From assembly GCA_030248215.1 (NCBI GenBank), contig JASANG010003525.1, positions 310,001-374,000 on the forward strand: a stretch of DNA of 64,000 nt, given 5' to 3'. This document shows positions 13,733 through 28,843 of the stretch, in pieces. Position numbers and translations under genes: made by a program. The stretch is from Enoplolaimus lenunculus (taxonomy: Eukaryota). Each line of letters starts with the position of its first letter. The first letter of the stretch is position 1. A model generated the notes under the pieces. It made no database searches. It had not been told where the DNA came from and saw nothing but the letters and a program-made list of their open reading frames with translations.

Positions 13733-14018
13733 ACAACTTTAGAGTTTGACTAATGCATTTGAAATATACTAAGTATCCTAACCTAAAACCTAAAGATGAC
13801 AGACACATATTTGGCCACCGGCAAAACATGGGTTGATCATGGCCTAAGCGAGCCCTGTGGTCGGCTTCATTGCTGTACCCACAAAACGAGTTAAATAAAT
13901 GGGTCAAAATATATTTTCCCATTTAAAATTTTAATTTTTAAAACACTCGTCATAGGCCCATTGAAGACACGTCCGCCCATGCTGAAACCATAAATCGACT
14001 ACATGGGTTAGACATAAC

Positions 14019-14217
14019 GCCCCTTGTAAAAGATCAGGGGCGGAGCGCTTTGCTGCGGAACTGCAATAAAGTAAGCTTAGCTTCCGAGAAATTTTTTCGC
14101 TAAGGCTTAGGCTTAGGTTTACGTTTAGGTGGAAGCTCAGTCTTACACTTCGGTGCCCAGGCTTAGACTTAGGAATATGCTAATATCACTGTTACGGCCC
14201 TGCTCTATACATTAGCC
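14019..14217. mobile_element. Merlin-like TTAGGC MITE (A)
   Basis: TSD GACATAAC/GACATCAC. Confidence 0.78.
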
Positions 14218-16244
14218 GACATCACCATCATTTGGAATTTTTTGGTTTTAGGTTTGGTCACTGAAAAATTGTAATGAAAAGTAGTTTGAACGAAATTAAG
14301 CTTAAATCAGTTCCAGCTTAAACCGCATAAACTTTGTTCTGTAACTTACGACTTTTAAGGGACAAATAGAATCGCCATTCCACTACGTATTAACGTTATA
14401 CCTCAACCAGTCAACTCTAGCTATCTATTCCTCCGAACTTACTGATTTTCTGTTAATAAATTTTATTTCCTGTCCACTACTGCCCCAGTCACACCCTTTT
14501 AAACTGATTTAAATCGTGTACACCTTCTTAAATCAAAATTTTGCCTCACTTTCACCGCTTTTAAAACGGTGTTCTAGTGTTTACCGTCGTTCAATAGTGA
14601 CGAAACACGACTAATCGGCTTATCAGTAGACAGGCAGATATTTGGTGCGACTAAAATGTACACATTTTGGGCTAAATAAATCCCCTTCGCGAAGACTACG
14701 CGATTCGGCGAGTTAGCTAACGTCGTTGGCTTTGTAGTAGTGACGCCAACTTACGTTTGTTGTGTATTTGGTGCGATGGCGCGTTGACTGGACACATGTA
14801 GAATAGTGGGTACGGTGTAATTGCTATAAGCGGACAGCTGGTAATATCTAACCAGTTTGTTAGCCAGGTAATTATTTGTTGGCAAAAAGATAAAGGACAT
14901 GTGGTTTTATGCTTGAAAAGCTTATTTTGATCCGATGCCACAAAATTTCCAACGCTATTTAAAATTCAGAAATACAGAAACTGTGTCGGTTTTGATCAAT
15001 TGTTTGATCGACAGATCTTAATGTTAAAAAATCAAATTTTCAAAAATTCAAGAATCGGCATGAAATGATCCGGGAAGGCCATCAGAAGCTACAAAATGCA
15101 ATTGCAAAATACGACCATATAAGGCAAATACCAGTTGGAGGTATGCAAGAATAACTAAAAAAACTGTCCGGTTGCTAAAAATCAAAAATATGAGCTTCGA
15201 ACACGCTGAGAAATAGCAATCAGCAAACTACTCGGATATGAATTTGATGTAAAAACAAAACAATTTTTGCACGATTTTTAGTGTTGTGGCTATAGCAAAA
15301 AACTTACATCGTGGCATTGGCACTAAAACGAATTACATGAATTGTAAAATATTTAGCGAATAAAGTCGACCGCAAACAAGACACTAAAGCGGCATGCAAA
15401 TTGCAATATTTACATAGCATACGGAGTTGTGTCATGTTTGCATAAATTTTGAAAAATTGCTTTTTTTGCTGTTATACTATTTTCTGCAATGCAACATATG
15501 TTCATTCGTTGTATGATCTTGTTTGAAACATGGATGGGGGTGGCAGAGAACCACGACAATTTTAATATTTCATATGGTATTTTTGCAAACACATAGTCTG
15601 TATCGAAAAACTGCTGCTATAAACACGACAATTTTATAGAAAATCGTGAGAAATGGCAGTGTCTGGAGCGGTTTCGTTGAAAGCGATGTGAATATAATAT
15701 ACTCTCGGTGTAAACGAACAACAAAAACGAGACAAAATGTTGACTATGAGACAGAGATGCAAGAAATTTTTGCAATACAAAATACTGCACGCACATACAA
15801 CACACGACGTGCATGCAATTTGAAATGCAATATATATTGCAGTTTGCAACAGTTTTGCATCACACGCAGCAGTTGTTTGTTGTTGTGTAAAATAGTAAAT
15901 ATTGCGTAATATTGAACAAAAAATCGTATTCGAAACAAACCGTGGAACGGTTGTTAAAAGATACGGTAACGGTAAAAGGTTGAAAATAATCAAAGACCGG
16001 GGGTACTTTTGTTGACCCCCTTTAGTGGAAAAGTTCGTCCCACCCGAAACGGCCCATATACGTCTTAAGTGCAGGCTGTATCTCCATGTTCCTAAGCTTA
16101 AATCTAAGCCTGTAAGCGTATAAAAGCTAAATGTAAGCGTAAGTCAAAACTTAAAATGCAAAATTGTTTTGCATACGATGTAGATTGCGGTAATGCTTTC
16201 TTGCCCAATACTTTCTATAATCACTCCCCTCGGTAGCGATGACC

Positions 16245-16406
16245 GGCCCATGTAAAGATCAGGGGCGGAGAGTTTTTCACTGGGACTAGAAGACAGTAAG
16301 CTTAAGCTTTAAACTTTTTTGTTTGGCTTAGGCTTAGGCGTAGTGGTAGGCTTAGGTTTAGGAATATGCTAAAAATACTGTGCCGCCCCTGTACTTTACA
16401 TTGGCC
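16245..16406. mobile_element. Merlin-like TTAGGC MITE (A)
   Basis: GGCCCATGTAAAG...CTTTACATTGGCC; TSD CGATGACC/CGATGTCC. Confidence 0.82.
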
Positions 16407-19400
16407 CGATGTCCGCATCCACCGCTCACTTTAAGCAACCTTAAACAGCGCGCAATTGCATATCCGGAAGGACAATAATCGAACAAGCTGCGATACAATT
16501 GATAGACAATTTTAGACTTTCTTGAATAACGGACTAGCGCCAGTCCGTTGACGACGGTCCGAGAATAGACAATTTTTGGTCTTCTTCAATAAGCTCACTA
16601 GTGCGAGTTTGTAAGCGGTCAGGCGCTGCTCAGCGGTCCTGTGAAATTTTTGCTCTCTTCGAAATAGACTCACTTGTATGGTCTGGCAACCCCTGCATGT
16701 CAATCGTAAAATGGTTAGGAACCGTTCAGGACGCCGATCTGGCTACTGGAGTAACAAAACAGGGGAGTCTGGAAAAAATATCCACGTGGTGTCGAAAATT
16801 TTATTAAATTATAAACTTGGCGTAGACTATATCTTAAAAGTTATATTAAATTGTTTTATCCTTTAAGTTCATACCCCACCTCCTGTCGTGCTGTATAAGC
16901 CGTTCTGATCATTTGAGGCACAGTTAAGGCATACTGAAGCGTGTGTTAATCGTCCATCAGTGTCCCGAACTGTTCTATACTTCAAAGGTCCAGTGGTTGT
17001 CGCCCGGCAGTGAACTATTCGAGTCGTGGTACATAAATCATTTTGTAAACCATCTCAACGTTGCTGTACCGCTTTCGTCCCCAAAAATTGAAAACCGCTA
17101 AGACTAAATCAAGTGAGATAAATAAAAAATTTGGCATTTTTTAACTTAAGAAATGAAAAAATTTAAAATTTCTTAAAGTTGTTGAGAACCTGGCATCGCA
17201 GTGCGTTTTAGATGTTAATTTGGAAGCATAAGAGCATCCCATTCGTTCTACTTCCAGTGGGTTTACAAACTTCCAAACAGTTGCAAAGACATATTTTTTG
17301 TGATATAGAATAATTGAGAAGCACAAAAATCTATTATTAACTAAGGTTTTGACGTTTTTACATAATGAAAATACATTAATAGAAGCTTGAAGTAAAAGTG
17401 AAATTTTGTAATGCAGTCGGCAATTTCCGCCAGCCGGGGCGCATATTGCGTTTTGCGTATAATATATATACATTTATATATATTTATGTATATATTTATA
17501 TATAACTTATTTTGCACTCGGAGTGATTTTGCATTCTGAAATTGTTTATAGGACAAAGTTTTTTTGTATTTTTAAAACAGCTACAATTTTAAAACGGTGA
17601 AAATCCGTTCAAATTTGAGACAGAAAACAAACTGCTATTTATTTCAAAAATTTTACTAAACTTTTTTCAATGAATTTTAGGTCAAAAATAGTTGTATAAA
17701 TACGTCAAAATAACGGCGTTATCGTGAGAGTATTTTTTGTTATAAAATCACGCCGCCGTTTGATTTCATGCCATATGTGCGCTTGTGGCTTTATACTTTT
17801 AAAAATTAATACAAATATTCGTTTCTTATACTGCAACCGTTGCATTAAAAATGTAACTGTCGTTCAAAAAGAGATTATACCTCTTCGTATACTTTTGCAA
17901 TTAAAAATTATAATCGCAATTATTGATATGTGACAAAAGAGAGATAGAATTGAAAATTTTTTCGTTTTTTGCACCAAACTCGGAGCAGTGGCGATGCTAC
18001 ATTGCGTGAAGTTTTGCAAACTCGAGTAAAGCCACAAATTTCTCGGCTATATATTTACCAAAACGCACGTTTTATTCACTGAATCCTATGCGCCATTCAG
18101 AGAAACCCTGTATAAAACCAAAACATTTCATTTGGGATCGACGCTTGTGTCTACTGCGAGAAATTCAACAGGTCCAGAGCGATGCCACAGTTAACATTTG
18201 GAATGGCCAAAATTTTTGATTATTTTCGCAAAATGTGTCGAAATATTAATTGAATCGGCTGGCTTGGTTTTTAATGGACAGGGCCATTGGTATTAAGGAT
18301 CGATCGGTATCACTTGTGTCGAAATAGCGAAATTTGCTTTGTATAGATAAAATAACAGAACAATCTCAAAGACGTCTATATATACACATATATATACATA
18401 TATATACATATATAATATGAACAAGTCAAAACTGCAATTGTGTAACTTTGCATGCACTGCACTAAGTACAAAATCGCACTAAACTCAATAAAGCAATTTT
18501 CATGTGATTTTGATCTGCTGCCTCTCTTACAGTCTCCAATAAATAAAATGACCGAAACAAAAATTTATTTCCAAAACTACTTTTTGTTCAATATTTTATC
18601 GTTTACATTTTCAATAATAAATACAAACCGCAACCCACTCTCCAAATGTACCCTTATGCAAGGTGTCGAGTACAAAAGCAAAGAGAGGGGAAAAGGGGTT
18701 AAAGGACAGACAGAGAGATGAATATAAAATATTCATCTCCCCTGTCCGATTTGTTTACCCTCAGTCACTGTTGGTAGGTCTTGAAATTTGTGAAAAATAT
18801 TTTATTCAAGACAAAAATTATTATTAATATACATAATTTTTTCTGTGACAAAGAACAAATTTTTCAACTGAAAGTCCAAGTCATGAACTGCTGCAAATCG
18901 TATGGAATGGTGTTTGTACTGAATAAATATTTTCGCAAAAATTTTATTCGCGGGATACAACACGGGCGACCGAAGGAGCGAATATTCTTTTTGTGTCGAG
19001 GATAATTTTGTGAACATTGCAACAAAATGTTGTAATGTTCATTTCGTAATTATATATGTGATAATATTGTTTTTTAACCCGTGTTGTTGTCTCTGATTTA
19101 TGGCGATAGTAATGTAGCAAGGGTTAATTTCCTTATTTCATCTCATGTTATGCGTTTCAATCGAAAAAAGGGTTAAGAACTTTTATAAGGGCTCTAGAAT
19201 TTTATATGGTGAGAACAATAGGCAAATTACACGAGGTGTAACGGCCAGGGAACAACGAGAGTAGAAAAAATATTGGAGCCGGAGGTGTCGAAACTGGCGG
19301 TGAAGCGAAATTAGGCAGTTAAAATGATATTTAATTCGTTAATTTTAGCAAATATCTCCAAGATGTTGTTAAATGTTTTGGTTTTACGCTTAGTTTTTTT

Positions 19401-22400
19401 TGCGAAATCTCGGCAATTTTATCTTCACAATTGTATGAAATGTTTAAAACGAAACGCACCAAACAAATGACGTTTGTAAAAATAAGCAAATATACGTAAA
19501 TTGCGCCGGATCGCCCGGCAGTAATCCTACCATAGCCGGAGTCGGAGGTTTTGATTTTGCTCCTGAGCCGGAGGCAGGCACTCCGGTTGCAGCCTGGTAG
19601 GAGTTTCGCTGCGTAAAAGTTAAATACGTCGTTTTGCTGAAAAAAATAATGCGAACACTAAAAAGATAATGGAAGTAAAATAGCAAGCAAACAATATTAC
19701 CGCTGTCAAGTGCTTCAATTTAAAACTCAACATTAACACATACGTTCTGTTTGATTACAAAAGCATTTAAAACGCAATTAGCGCGGTTTTCAACACATTC
19801 AACACTTTTATAAGGGTCGTTATACAAATTTCTACCAACCTTTTTTCAAATTGTTCACAATACATAGACATATATAGAAAATTAAATGAAAAATTATGTA
19901 TAGTCAGCGCAAAAAACCGGAAACGGAAGCGAAATGTCGAATATTTCGGAGCCCGGAACGCGGATTTGTTACTATAAAAGGTTTGTATCCGAAAATTCTT
20001 TCGGTCATAAATTTTTTAAAACAGTCAATAGGGTTTCCGGTTGGAGAGGCAAATATTTCCGTTGAGATCTATACCTCGGCTTCGCCTTGCATTATTTTTA
20101 ATTGACTATCGCTTTATGTGTTATCCAACTGTTATACAGAAGCAATTTTAAACTACCTGTTCTATAACACTGCTTACTGTAGTGACCCGAATAAAGAGGG
20201 TTCTGGGATTTATTTTGCGTCTCTAGAAAACAATCCATGTTATTCGGTTTCGATTGATAATTCGAGATTAAAACTAACATCAGGGCCGAAGCAGCCACCC
20301 CCCCATATTGTCCAATTGTGACGCCTCCACCCTAAACAGGGTCGTCATCGAAAATTTTAAACAAAAAAATTTGAAAAATTTTTTGATCATCGCATAGGGC
20401 TTTCACCCTAGAATATTTTCGGGAGCGGGTCCACAACATTCTGCTCAGGCACTGACTATAACACTAAAACAAAATCAGTCAAGCTTGTGTGAATTTGAAA
20501 TCATTTTAAAATTTAGAATGGAAAACAAATTTAAAGGAATTTGATAAAACATTTCGTAGCCAAAATGATAGTTTATCTTTCGACTTTTGTTGACTAGTGA
20601 TTAATTACCTATAAACATTGTTTAAATATTTAAAGTGATTCACAGTTAAGATTAAGAACTGTACGTTTAATTACTAAATTTACTATTAGAAAAGACCTAG
20701 ATTGGTACGAGAATTTATCGATTAAGAAACGTCATCAAACCTGGAGCCATCGTAAAGAACAGGGGCGGAACAGCAGATACATAAAGTGCCATCGTTATGG
20801 GTCGCACAAGTTGAACCTATTAAATAAGGAATGTAGGCCAAAACCTCAACGCATGCCGGATTCCCATCACGGATGTACGCAGTTGTATAGTCTTGTTGAA
20901 GTATGCATCATCCACTCTTGAATATACCAACAGGATTTGCGTAAATAGTATTGCACCATTATAAGACATTCGTATACTTCCTCTGAGTTTCCCGACAGTT
21001 CCTGTGACACTCGCGGTAAGACCGATATGAACAACAATTTGCGGGTCAAATTGAACACTTAAATTTGACAAATTTTGCCGAAAAAACGTTTTAGCAACCA
21101 AAATATCTCAAATATTAAAATTGTCTTTGTTTCAGAAAAAGCCAAAATTTTAAGAATAAAATACTTTTATTAATTGTTACTATAATTAAAACTGTTTAAG
21201 CTCTGCACCCAGAGGCAAAACGGCACTGCTATGTGCGTGTGACTGTTAGAAAGAGTTTAGTGTTGATTTATGAAATTAATGATAAATATTACCACCACGC
21301 CTTGTACGTCTTATAATAACAACGATGGGATTCGTGGTCATTCTTGATCATAGTGTCGTGAACCTTATAAGAGGAGGGACTGATATTTGTTTTGACTCTC
21401 CAAAGGGTACCCCCCGTTATTCGGTTAATACGGACTGATATTTATTTCCACCCCGCTCTCCGCAACCCTTCCTTACTGATATATATCTGGCATTGCAACT
21501 ATCCGTTGAATTAAACGTTTTTTGCAGTTGCATCAAAACCTTGAGCGATAATGCAATTACCAACGGGATAAGCTCGGACCCAAAACCAAACAGGGGCCGC
21601 GGGAAGCTCAGCCCTCATTGCAGCATTTGCCCGCTAGAAAATTTTCCAAACTTGCTTGTAAAGTCATCGTAAACACTTCGATGCCACTCACACAAGTTTT
21701 TTAGCCCCCTAGCAAGGTGAGCTGGCTACGAACCTGCATAGGCCGTACTATAACTAATGACGTTGCAAGTACTTAGCGTATAAACAGCTTTTGTGCATAA
21801 TTGAAACCAAAAACCAAACATACAGTTGAAATTTGAATTTTTTTCCGCTATACTTTAACCTCAAACCGTTGTTACATTTAATACACCAAAAACTATACTA
21901 CTCTACATAGCCGTTTTTAACTATTCAAAGATCCGCAATCGCATGAAAAAATGCACAGAACGGGATGATCGAGAAGAAAAACGTTGTCGATGATGAATAA
22001 CAGCCCATACAGGAACAGTGAGAAAGCAAAATAATAGCGTAGTATGAAACAAAACGTTTACTATACTAACGAGAACTCAAGAAGTATTTTCAATATTCGA
22101 TTAATCAATTGGCGTCCGGTCCTCTTAGCGGAGTGCACAAGGAGTAGCGATAGAGGGGAAATATCGGCACCCAAAATTACAAGAGAACTGGAACAATAAA
22201 GGCCACTTTTGCTGGTTTGAATATTATGCGTGGAATTTGAAATGTCCAAACATTTGTTCGCCTCTTCTACTCTGGATCCCTAAAAATTATATTAGGACCT
22301 TTCGTAGTGAAATTGTGACTACGCTGGGCCTGTTCTATCGACCACTCAACTACTAAAAATGATAAAAGTGAAACATTAATGTGTTAAAATTTAACACAAT

Positions 22401-22706
22401 TTTTGCAGCGATGTTATCTTCGGCGTTGCTATTCAACAGCATCCTTCAAATTTTGAAAACTATAAAAATATCCGGAAAGATTATTTAAATTTGGAAATCG
22501 TACAAAAGACAGACTCTTAAAAATTTATATTAATTCGACGGAAAACGGAATATATTTTATATTAGGATTTATCGATGTTTGATATGATAAAACTTTAATA
22601 GCAAATCTGCGTTAGAAGCGCTTAACACAATGCGCTGAAGCGCTCATTTCAAAAGTGAAACGGATTATTAAAAATTTCAAATTTATACTCGACGGATTAA
22701 CAAATA

Positions 22707-22934
22707 CACTGCAAAAAATAGTGAGTCCTGAAATAGGTTTTTGAAGACTACACAAACGGAGTCAAATTCGACTCCGCCAGAGTCAAATTCGACTCACTGA
22801 ACGACTCGGGTGAGTTGAATTTGACTCTATCGCAGGCGAATTTGACTCTGTCGGAGTCAAATTTGACTCTGTTTGTGTAGTCCGGAAAAGCCTATTTCGG
22901 AGCGGGTCAATTTGGCCCACCATTTTTTGCAGTG
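22707..22934. mobile_element. CACTG-ended (CMC/EnSpm-like) palindromic MITE; relatives ~63025-63197, ~35505-35590, ~11858-12102, ~24426-24638
   Basis: CACTGCAAAAAAT...ATTTTTTGCAGTG, TA flanks, internal GAGTCAAATT(C/T)GACTC palindromes. Confidence 0.75.
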
Positions 22935-23202
22935 TATATATGTATATATAGATATATATTATGTATTATATATTCTCTATATATAAAGGAATATATTTCG
23001 TAAGCCAGCATGTCAAAATCTATCATTGAAAATCCTCAAATTTTGCTCAGTTTCTGTTAACCTGGGCTTGTATTCTGAACTGTGTATTGTATGTACGTAT
23101 CAGTAGTTAGCGATAGGTTTTCAAATCGACAAACTCCTACAAACGGGGCTCTCAAAATTGGCGCATACAGATCAACCTGCGAAAAGTGTGCCAAATTATT
23201 GT

Positions 23203-23337
23203 GGCCCATGTTAAATTTAGGGCCGTGTCGGTTTCTGGTGGGTCAGTAAAAAAGTAGGCTTACATTTTAGAGATTAGGCTTAGGCTTAGGCATAGGAATA
23301 CGCTTAATCTACTGTTACGGCCCTAAAAGTAACACTG
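23203..23337. mobile_element. Merlin-like TTAGGC MITE (B), internally deleted
   Basis: GGCCCATGTTA start, TTAGGC core, CCCTAAAAGTAACA end. Confidence 0.65.
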
Positions 23338-24144
23338 AATTTAGTCCTATACTTACATCTTTAAAACGACTTAAAAAGGTTGCATTATTTTTTACCATTC
23401 GCATTATTTTCAAAATTTCCATTCTTGTAATATTTTTATTAATTTTCCATTTTGGGCTTAATTTTTAAAAAATTTACATTTCGTTTCCGGTACTTTTCTC
23501 GCATCGATTATATTGAATTTCCTATTGAAAACATTTAGAAAAAACTGAAATTAAAAACGGTATAAAAAGTAAAACTTGAAAATATTCGATGCGACAAAAC
23601 AACTTCACACTGCGATTTATTGTTGCAATGTTTGGGTTTTTAAGACAAAAGAGTATGTATCATCGTATACAGTAGTAGCAAATTGCACAAAGTCTTGCAG
23701 ACAAATTTACACTCAGTGCCTATAAGTGAGTAGTAGTGATACAACAAGGGATATATCTGACTTTGAAAATTGATATTTTACGGCAAATCTGGCTAAATTA
23801 GCCCGCAATTTTACAATATCCGACTATCCGTCAGAGGAAAATATTTTACTGCTTGCTCTTGCGCCTACTCCCAGGCTAACGAATTCTACCTTTGTTCATC
23901 GGTGCCCTCACTGTGAAATGAAATGCTGTCGACATTTCTGCGTAGTTTACACTCATTTTTAAGTAAAAAGGTGTCATTGTATACAGTGTTTAAAGAATTG
24001 TTGCTGTAGCGAACAGTGCAACAGTGTACTGTATTGCACGAAAACTCGCATACATCAACTCGTTTTCAGTGTATATTTGACGTAGTTTTTTGAAACATTT
24101 GTTTCTAAAAAACTAAATTTTGTCTAAAAGATCATAGGGATTCC

Positions 24145-24330
24145 AGCCAATGTTACTTTTAGGGGCGTAACAGTAGATTTGCATATTCCTAAGCCTAAGC
24201 CTAAGCCTAAGCGCTGCAAAAATGTGTTCCTAAGCCTAAGCCGAAGCCTGAGCAAAAAATGTAATTTAGAATCAAAATCTACTTTTTTATAGACCCACCA
24301 GAAACCTGGACGCCCCTTAAAGTAATATGA
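24145..24330. mobile_element. Merlin-like TTAGGC MITE (B)
   Basis: GCCAATGTTACTTTTAGGG...CCCCTTAAAGTAA; (CCTAAG)n core. Confidence 0.72.
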
Positions 24331-26666
24331 GGATTCCTGCGTGATGAGCAAGAGCCTCTGTTCGATTTATTAAGGGCATTTCACAGTTAAACAAAACGAA
24401 ATTGGTCCATTCTTAGATGTGCATACACTGTTTTCCAGTGAATTTACTTTAATTCAAACTAAGTTGAATTGCTGAGTCTAAATTATGTTCTTTCAAAACT
24501 CAAATTAATCAACTCTCCCGGAATTAAATCAGCTCAGAGTGACTAATTATGTTTACTGTTTTATTACCTCAGACATAACCAGAAATGACTAGTTCGTTCT
24601 CTAGGTTGATTATAATCGTCTCACTGGAATTTACAGTGTTGCAACCAGTACAATTAAAGGGCAACTATTCCTGGAGACGATGTTGTGCCTCGAAAGCTCA
24701 TTCAACTACCGAAGCAGGTTATCGAGTAGTCTCGACAGTGACAGTCCAAAGTGGACCCAGTCACAGAACGTGTCATGACAATTCGTAGCCCGACAACGCG
24801 TCGACCGACCACTAATAATTCGAAATATCGACTTCACAATTTGTTGCCCATCATTATGGCCAGGTTTAGGCTTAGAGCAAAGGTTCAGGATTATGCTTAG
24901 ATTTATTCAAAGGCTTTAGGACAAGGTAAGGCGACAAGTTATCTTGAACATCTATTTGTACCAGACCACTGAGCTGTGATACGCAAAATGTTTGCCGTAG
25001 GCAAGCAAAACAACTACTGGAACAATTGATGTTGCAACAAAAACCTGCCTAGATTCACAATTTAAAACGATTGACGTTGCTGAATAGTCTGGTTGTCAAC
25101 TGGGACAAATACGTGCTTAAAATGGGTTACTACCTTCTATGTGGAAACTGAATATAAATACAAATCGCCAATGGCAAAGAAAATTTACAAAGTGTAAAAA
25201 ATATTGCAAGCGTTCATTGTACAAGGGAACTATAAAATTGCAGTACGCTGGTTTCAACTTCATAGGTACCGCTTGTTTACAACTGCATGCTAGCCTGCAC
25301 TGCATTTAATATTTACCATCTATAATTAAAGCTACAATATCCGACATATATCTTTTGGGCAAGTTTCAAGTGTACTTTGTTTTGCAATAGTTTCATAGCA
25401 CATAAAAGAGATTGTTCTATAATTCAAAATTCAAATACAGATTTTTATGCATTCGCTAACACTTTTGCGCATTGCACGAAATTGGACATGTGACATTGAT
25501 GGCACGCAGACTCCACAATGGCGTATAAGTATATCAAGGCTCCTATTCATATATGGCGATCAAACCAAGACCGAACACAAGCAACTTAAAAAATTGAAGC
25601 AAAAAATTTCAAAAAGGCTTTCTTTTTTCGAAATCTTATTATTTAAAGACAATAAATGGAATACATGCCGCATAAAAATTGCATAAAACGAAAGTTGAAA
25701 CAACGGCAAAAACAATGCGATTTTGTTTAAAATTGACTTCTAAAGGCTGTATTGGTATTTATAGTATACCCCCTGCTTAGGTATAATTTTTAGGTTTCAC
25801 ACAGCTGACAGATGTTACTTTTCTCACAATGCCTCCAGGTTGAATTTTATATACAAAACAAAGACAACATAAATCTTGGCTGGAAATGTGTTATTTTTGT
25901 GCATTTTATGCAAATATGGCAAAAATGACAGTCTATACACAAACGTAATGCGTGTAAAAATTTGGCAGCTGCGCGTTTCAACTATTTAATTGAAGTCCAC
26001 GGGCGTATACAGCGTGCAATATATGGAAAACAGCAAAATTTAGGAAAAATTGCTAAAAACATCTGTATACTGTAACGACCCGAATATGGGTGGAGTAATT
26101 AAAAAGAGGCAAAGTCTTTATTTTGAGTCCCAATCCATAGGAGTCAGTATCATAATTAGATGCTGTTAAAATAGTGGATAAGATTCATCAGTAGAGTGCA
26201 TAAAAGAAACTAAAGCACAAGAATAGCCCTGGCGGCTCAAATATGTAACAGACATTCAGACAACCTGTACAATCGTTTAAATACAGAAAAAAGTATTGAA
26301 CGGACATAGCAATCAACTAAAATGCTTCAGTGCAAGTCAGTACTGCCCAGGTTGAATTAAAAATAAATAACAGTAAGTAGCCGAATAACTTCGTGTGCAT
26401 CCTCTAAAGACATAAAAGAAAACATCAGTCCCTTTTCTTATTCGGTCACTACAGTACTGCAACAGACTTGAGAAAAATATAATAGATCATAGAGGTGAAT
26501 AATGTTCGTTCGATCGCGTTTCTAGTTCCCGAAACCATAATAAGGTTATGTTGGATGACATTTAAGAATCGTTGCGCTTAAGGTTGTCACCCCGCCCTGG
26601 CACTGGATATATCATTATTGCAAACTTTACAACAACAACTATTTCAAGTATGATCTGCGTAATTTG

Positions 26667-26838
26667 GGTCAATGAAAAGAACACGGGCGGAACAGTATTA
26701 TAACCATATTCCTAAGCCTAAGCCTAAGCATAAGCATAAGCCTAAGCGTAAGCAAAGCAAATAAATTAGTCTAAATCTTAAGCTTATCCTATTGCAGTCC
26801 CACAGAAAAACGTTTCGCCCCTGATCTTTACATGGGCC
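26667..26838. mobile_element. Merlin-like TTAGGC MITE (A)
   Basis: Perfect TSD GTAATTTG. Confidence 0.82.
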
Positions 26839-27839
26839 GTAATTTGGAAGACGGTCAAGACAACAAAATAATTGGACTCTCAGTATCTGACAATCTCAAC
26901 AAAATCTAGGCTCTCATATTCGCCTAAAAGTGATTCTCTAAATCAACCTCAAAATTCAATCAAACAGACCTCGTAAGGGTTGCTGTTTGAAACGTAAACT
27001 AAAAACAACGCGCAATACAACCATTGCCCTGCTGCCCGCTGTGGTGTTTAACAAACCTTCGTACAGGTTTCTAAAATTCCCTATAAATGCAGCATATGCG
27101 TCTAAGCTAGTTTCACAGCTAAAAAGAACGCTTAAACGTAGAGAACATGTCACAATCCTTTTTGGCGTCTTAAATATTGTTGCGCCGTTATTTTCTTTGT
27201 TAAGTTTAAACGTTACCGTCGTGTCAAGTCTGTAAATTCTTCCGTTTAGCTTTAACTTTTGATACGGGGGGGGGGCGGCGGCAGGGTAGAAAGACAAAGC
27301 GTAACGGCAACTCATAATGTCACAACGTAGACTAGCTGTTACACGATAGAGATTAAATGAAAACCAAAATTTTTCCGAGTTAAAAATTTGAAATGTTTTT
27401 CAATTTTAAGACACAAGAATGTTGCGAAACAAACTGGTCCGTTTGCAAAAGTTTAATGTTGTACAGCTTGTTGTAACTCTGACCAGCGGCGGATCCCGAA
27501 ATTTCGGACGATGGATAGGTGGGCTGGCAAAAGTTAGGAAACGCAATTTTTTACTGTATGCTATATATGCGCTCTGACGAAAAAAATTGTAAGGTAGCGA
27601 CATTACCATTTTATAATAAAAATTTCTGACGGGGAATGCGTATGCCACCCGTCGCCTTTCGGATCCGCTAGTTTGGCTAACCAGCGAATGCTGTTCTACT
27701 GAGTACCGGTTATCACAGGAGATATTCGAGATTTTGCATGATTCCGCGTACTCTCTCGCGATATAATGTTATCCGTTTTTTAATTGATGGATCCGATGAT
27801 TTCAATTTTGAAACATCGGTTATCTGTAAGATATTTTAA

Positions 27840-28686
27840 CCCTTTCGTGCCCGAATTTTAATTATACGTCATGTAGGTGGCTATGCCACACTTAATAAGT
27901 TTTGGTTTTGCGTTGAAAGCGGAATTTTAATAAGTAAGGTCGAGTTGAAGTAATTTAAGATTGTCACGGTGGCATAAGCATGTGAAGGAAACTACGGGAT
28001 ATTGGTTTAATCGGCGTTGCGCAAGGCGCGGTATTACCCAGTATCGGATACTGGTGTCATGTGCTAAAGGAACTTGGGGTATCAAAGGAAACCTGGGAAA
28101 AAGTAGTCTAATAAATCTAACGGGGTTAGATTTATTATTCTACAACGGCTGGGCCAAATCTAACGGGGTTAGATTGGTCGGAAATTTGGCGTAACTCTAA
28201 CGGGGTTAGAGTACACGGTTTAACGGGGTGTAATTCTAACGGGGTTAGAATTGCACGGATTCTGGAAAACGGCAAAAGTATTGGGTACGGTAAAGCCAGT
28301 GGCTGGATTAAACCAGATTCAGGTGTCGGCTTTAAGGATTCCGGCTCGGGTTACCAGTTAAATTGCATAACCTGTAATTTGCTGGCCTTAATATTGGGTA
28401 TTTTGTGTCATACGGGTTTCGGGTTGGGATTTATAATAAACATTTACCGGCCGCGTTTTACTAAATCAGAGCGATACGCATACATCGAGGAAAGAACTAT
28501 ACAGGCGATACAGGATACAGGCTTAAGTTTAAATCACGAACTTCTCACACGTCAGAAAAATTGTTTACTGTTGTAAAACAAACAAATAAGATTTATGGAG
28601 TAACTTGTATAATAAGAGCGACATTTTCACCATTAAAATTAGCATTTTTGATCCGATACAAAATTGCATCAATGGGCGTCAAAGGG
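27840..28686. mobile_element. piggyBac-like non-autonomous element with a nested repeat
   Basis: TTAA|CCCTTTCGTGCCC...GGGCGTCAAAGGG|TTAA. Confidence 0.72.
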
Positions 28687-28843
28687 TTAAAGCAATGTAT
28701 AATTAATAATAAAAGTTTACACGCCCTTTTCAAAAAAACACCATGGATACGAGACTAGTTTTTAAGATACGGTTACAAGTATGTATTAATTTCATAAAAT
28801 ATTGTTCTAAGAACAAGCCAGTGGACTCAAACTGAAATTTTTA

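Noticed and set aside
20820..21101. Minus-strand ORF with FDPQIVVHIG, faintly like pyroglutamyl peptidase I
   Set aside because: No catalytic Glu/Cys/His context and no partner exons found.
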